From a virus (lineage: Duplodnaviria > Caudoviricetes), in the IMG/VR virus record IMGVR_UViG_3300028777_000010, positions 1-28,432 of that record: a DNA stretch of 28,432 nt. The stretch is one strand, 5' to 3'. Shown one piece after another: positions 26,917 through 28,432 of the stretch. The position numbers were made by a program, and so were the translations under genes. Under the pieces are notes generated by a model, which saw only the letters and a program-made list of their open reading frames with translations, was not told the DNA's origin and did not search any database. How positions within the stretch are numbered: the stretch's first letter is position 1; every line of letters begins with the position of its first letter.

Positions 26917-26994
26917 ATTACAAATACGAATAAACAGGTCTGACACATCACAAAGGATATGATTGCTTTTCAATAAGATGTTCGGGGGTGAATG

Positions 26995-27128
26995 AGAAGC
27001 CCCCGGCCAGTTAGTAAATATCTCACCAAGTACTAACAAAATGCGACTGCCCGCATAGCCGGGGGCCAATGGCCTTTGGTGTTAGCAGTTGCATTTTGTT
27101 TTTTGTACATGGTGAGACCACAAAGTTA
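26995..27128 (-). ncRNA. candidate pseudoknotted non-coding RNA with its own promoter
   Basis: Minus-strand TAACTTTG at 27128-27121; long helix 27021-27050/27085-27117 interleaved with a 9-bp GC helix 26999-27007/27058-27066. Strand is inferred from the promoter. Confidence 0.6.
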
Positions 27129-27155
27129 AACAATTAATATTCTATTACAACAGAT

Positions 27156-27404
27156 ATGAAATTATTTGAATTGCTGGCGTTTAACAGGCATGTGTTGAGT
27201 CGCCTTGATGTGGCTGGAGTGAAGCCATCCGATCATCGTTACGTGCCTTTATATATAGAGTTTTTGAATATGCGTAATGCCGGAGACAAAATGACTTACA
27301 TTGTCGCTGTACTTTCAGGCAGATATGGCATAAGCGAACGTAAGGTCTATTATATCATCGACTTGCTTGGTCGTGAAATTGACTGCACGAATGTTGCAGG
27401 GTAA
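27156..27404 (+). CDS. small HTH protein (82 aa) upstream of the methylase
   Basis: C-terminal HTH-like LSGRYGISERKVYYII. Confidence 0.75.
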   Translation: MKLFELLAFNRHVLSRLDVAGVKPSDHRYVPLYIEFLNMRNAGDKMTYIVAVLSGRYGISERKVYYIIDLLGREIDCTNVAG

Positions 27405-27460
27405 ATACCTGGATTCTCATTGTTGATCAGAGGCCTTTCAAGACCTTTGAAATAAAAAAC

Positions 27461-28297
27461 ATGAAAGAATTTAAAAGCGCACCGCTCCCGTTCATGGGGC
27501 AAAAGAGAATGTTTGCAAATGAGTTTAAAAAGGTCTTAAATCGATTTGATCACGCGTCGATGTTTGTAGACCTATTCGGTGGATCAGGACTGTTGTCACA
27601 CTTAGCCAAACGAACGGTTCCAGACGCCCAGGTTGTTTACAATGATTTTGACAACTATCGACGACGGCTTGACAATATCGCTCGCACAAACAGCCTGCTT
27701 GCCGATCTGCGTGACCTGGTGGTGGGCTGCCCACGTGCAAAGGTTTTACCGATCGTGATCAAGGCAGCCGTGTTGAAGAGAATCGAAATTGAGGAGCAAT
27801 CAGGTTTCGTCGATTATATTACTCTTTCATCGTCGCTTCTTTTCTCAATGAAGTATGTATTGAACATCACAGACTTGGGAAAGGAGGCGTTTTACAACAA
27901 TGTGCGCAAGGCTGACTATGATTGCACAGGCTATCTGGACGGCATTACGGTTACATGTGAGGATTACAAGACCTTATTTGAGCGATACAAGGATGTTCCA
28001 GGTGTAGTGTTCCTGGTTGATCCTCCATATCTGTCCACTGAGGTCGGGACTTACAATATGAGTTGGAAACTTTCCGACTTTCTCGATGTCCAGACTGTCC
28101 TGTCCGATAATTCATACATATTCTTCACGTCTAATAAGTCAGAGATCATCGAGTTGTGTCAATGGATTGAGGACCACAAGGATTTTGAGAATCCATTTAT
28201 CGGAGCCGATAAGTCTGTCTTTAACGCTCGGATGAACTACAACTCCACCTATTTGGACATGATGCTTTATAGGCAGGAGTCCAGAATGGCCGCTTAA
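27461..28297 (+). CDS. D12/Dam-class N6-adenine DNA methyltransferase (278 aa)
   Basis: PLPF.GQK, VDLFGGSG (SAM binding), VYNDFD and catalytic DPPY motifs. Confidence 0.9.
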   Translation: MKEFKSAPLPFMGQKRMFANEFKKVLNRFDHASMFVDLFGGSGLLSHLAKRTVPDAQVVYNDFDNYRRRLDNIARTNSLLADLRDLVVGCPRAKVLPIVIKAAVLKRIEIEEQSGFVDYITLSSSLLFSMKYVLNITDLGKEAFYNNVRKADYDCTGYLDGITVTCEDYKTLFERYKDVPGVVFLVDPPYLSTEVGTYNMSWKLSDFLDVQTVLSDNSYIFFTSNKSEIIELCQWIEDHKDFENPFIGADKSVFNARMNYNSTYLDMMLYRQESRMAA

Positions 28298-28331
28298 ATG
28301 AACATTAAACGAGGCTTAAACAGTAAAACAA

Positions 28332-28358
28332 ACAGCCAGGGCGTTCGGCTCTGGCTGT
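28332..28358. terminator. hairpin after the methylase gene
   Basis: ACAGCCAGGGC-gttcg-GCTCTGGCTGT 11-bp stem. Confidence 0.6.
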
Positions 28359-28362
28359 CACG

Positions 28363-28402
28363 AAATGCACATTTCGTTTTAAAAAAACGCACATTTAGTT
28401 TT
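28363..28402. repeat. two 18-bp direct repeats with 22-bp period; probable transposase binding sites at the phage right end
   Basis: AAATGCACATTTCGTTTT (28363-80) and AAACGCACATTTAGTTTT (28385-402), 16 of 18 identical, located after the last phage gene. Confidence 0.65.
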
Positions 28403-28432
28403 TTCGATTATATTTCAGCAGTTTTTTGTTGA

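Larger units (their letters stand above)
1..28412. mobile_element. Mu-like transposable phage/prophage (late region to probable right end), Bacteroidetes-type, siphovirus-like tail
   Basis: Mu-type head genes (DUF935-like portal, MuF, gp36-, gpG- and gp37-like proteins), capsid, lysis and tape measure genes, a terminal methylase in the Mu mom position, and paired end repeats at 28363-28402. No sheath gene is seen. The transposase lies outside the window, so the right boundary is inferred. Confidence 0.85.

Noticed and set aside
26887-27069. 60-aa minus-strand ORF over the structured region
   Set aside because: It has a non-ATG start, overlaps the lipoprotein promoter and the RNA helices, and shows no protein features.
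21392-27155. Mu-type invertible G segment with gin invertase
   Set aside because: No recombinase gene, long flanking inverted repeats or inverted fibre genes are seen.

Overview
This window holds the right-hand ~28 kb of a transposable (Mu-like) temperate phage or prophage with a non-contractile tail. The host is probably a Bacteroidetes, judging by TAnnTTTG promoter boxes and a gene order like Bacteroides Hankyphage-type phages. From left to right it contains: small middle genes; a leftward head operon (small and large terminase, Mu gp36-like, a portal-MuF-nuclease toxin fusion, Mu gpG-like, Mu gp37-like); and a rightward operon (prohead protease, major capsid with an Ig-like domain, amidase/holin-like/spanin-like lysis genes, tail tube, frameshifted tail chaperone, tape measure, distal tail protein). 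Next come a complete diversity-generating retroelement (target VR 19308-19419, TR 19469-19580, RT; 16 of 16 mismatches at TR adenines; no avd), a large tail protein with a 447-bp tandem duplication, a cargo lipoprotein, an adenine methyltransferase and probable transposase-binding end repeats. The least explained signals are three. First, the portal-MuF-tRNase-like toxin gene has no immunity ORF but faces a promoter-driven small RNA with tRNA-acceptor-like (NCCA) features, a candidate RNA antitoxin. Second, a -1 frameshift signal sits between the portal and MuF/toxin parts of that gene. Third, the DGR lacks Avd and instead has two tightly coupled ORFs after the RT. All protein calls come from motif recognition by eye; no database search was run.
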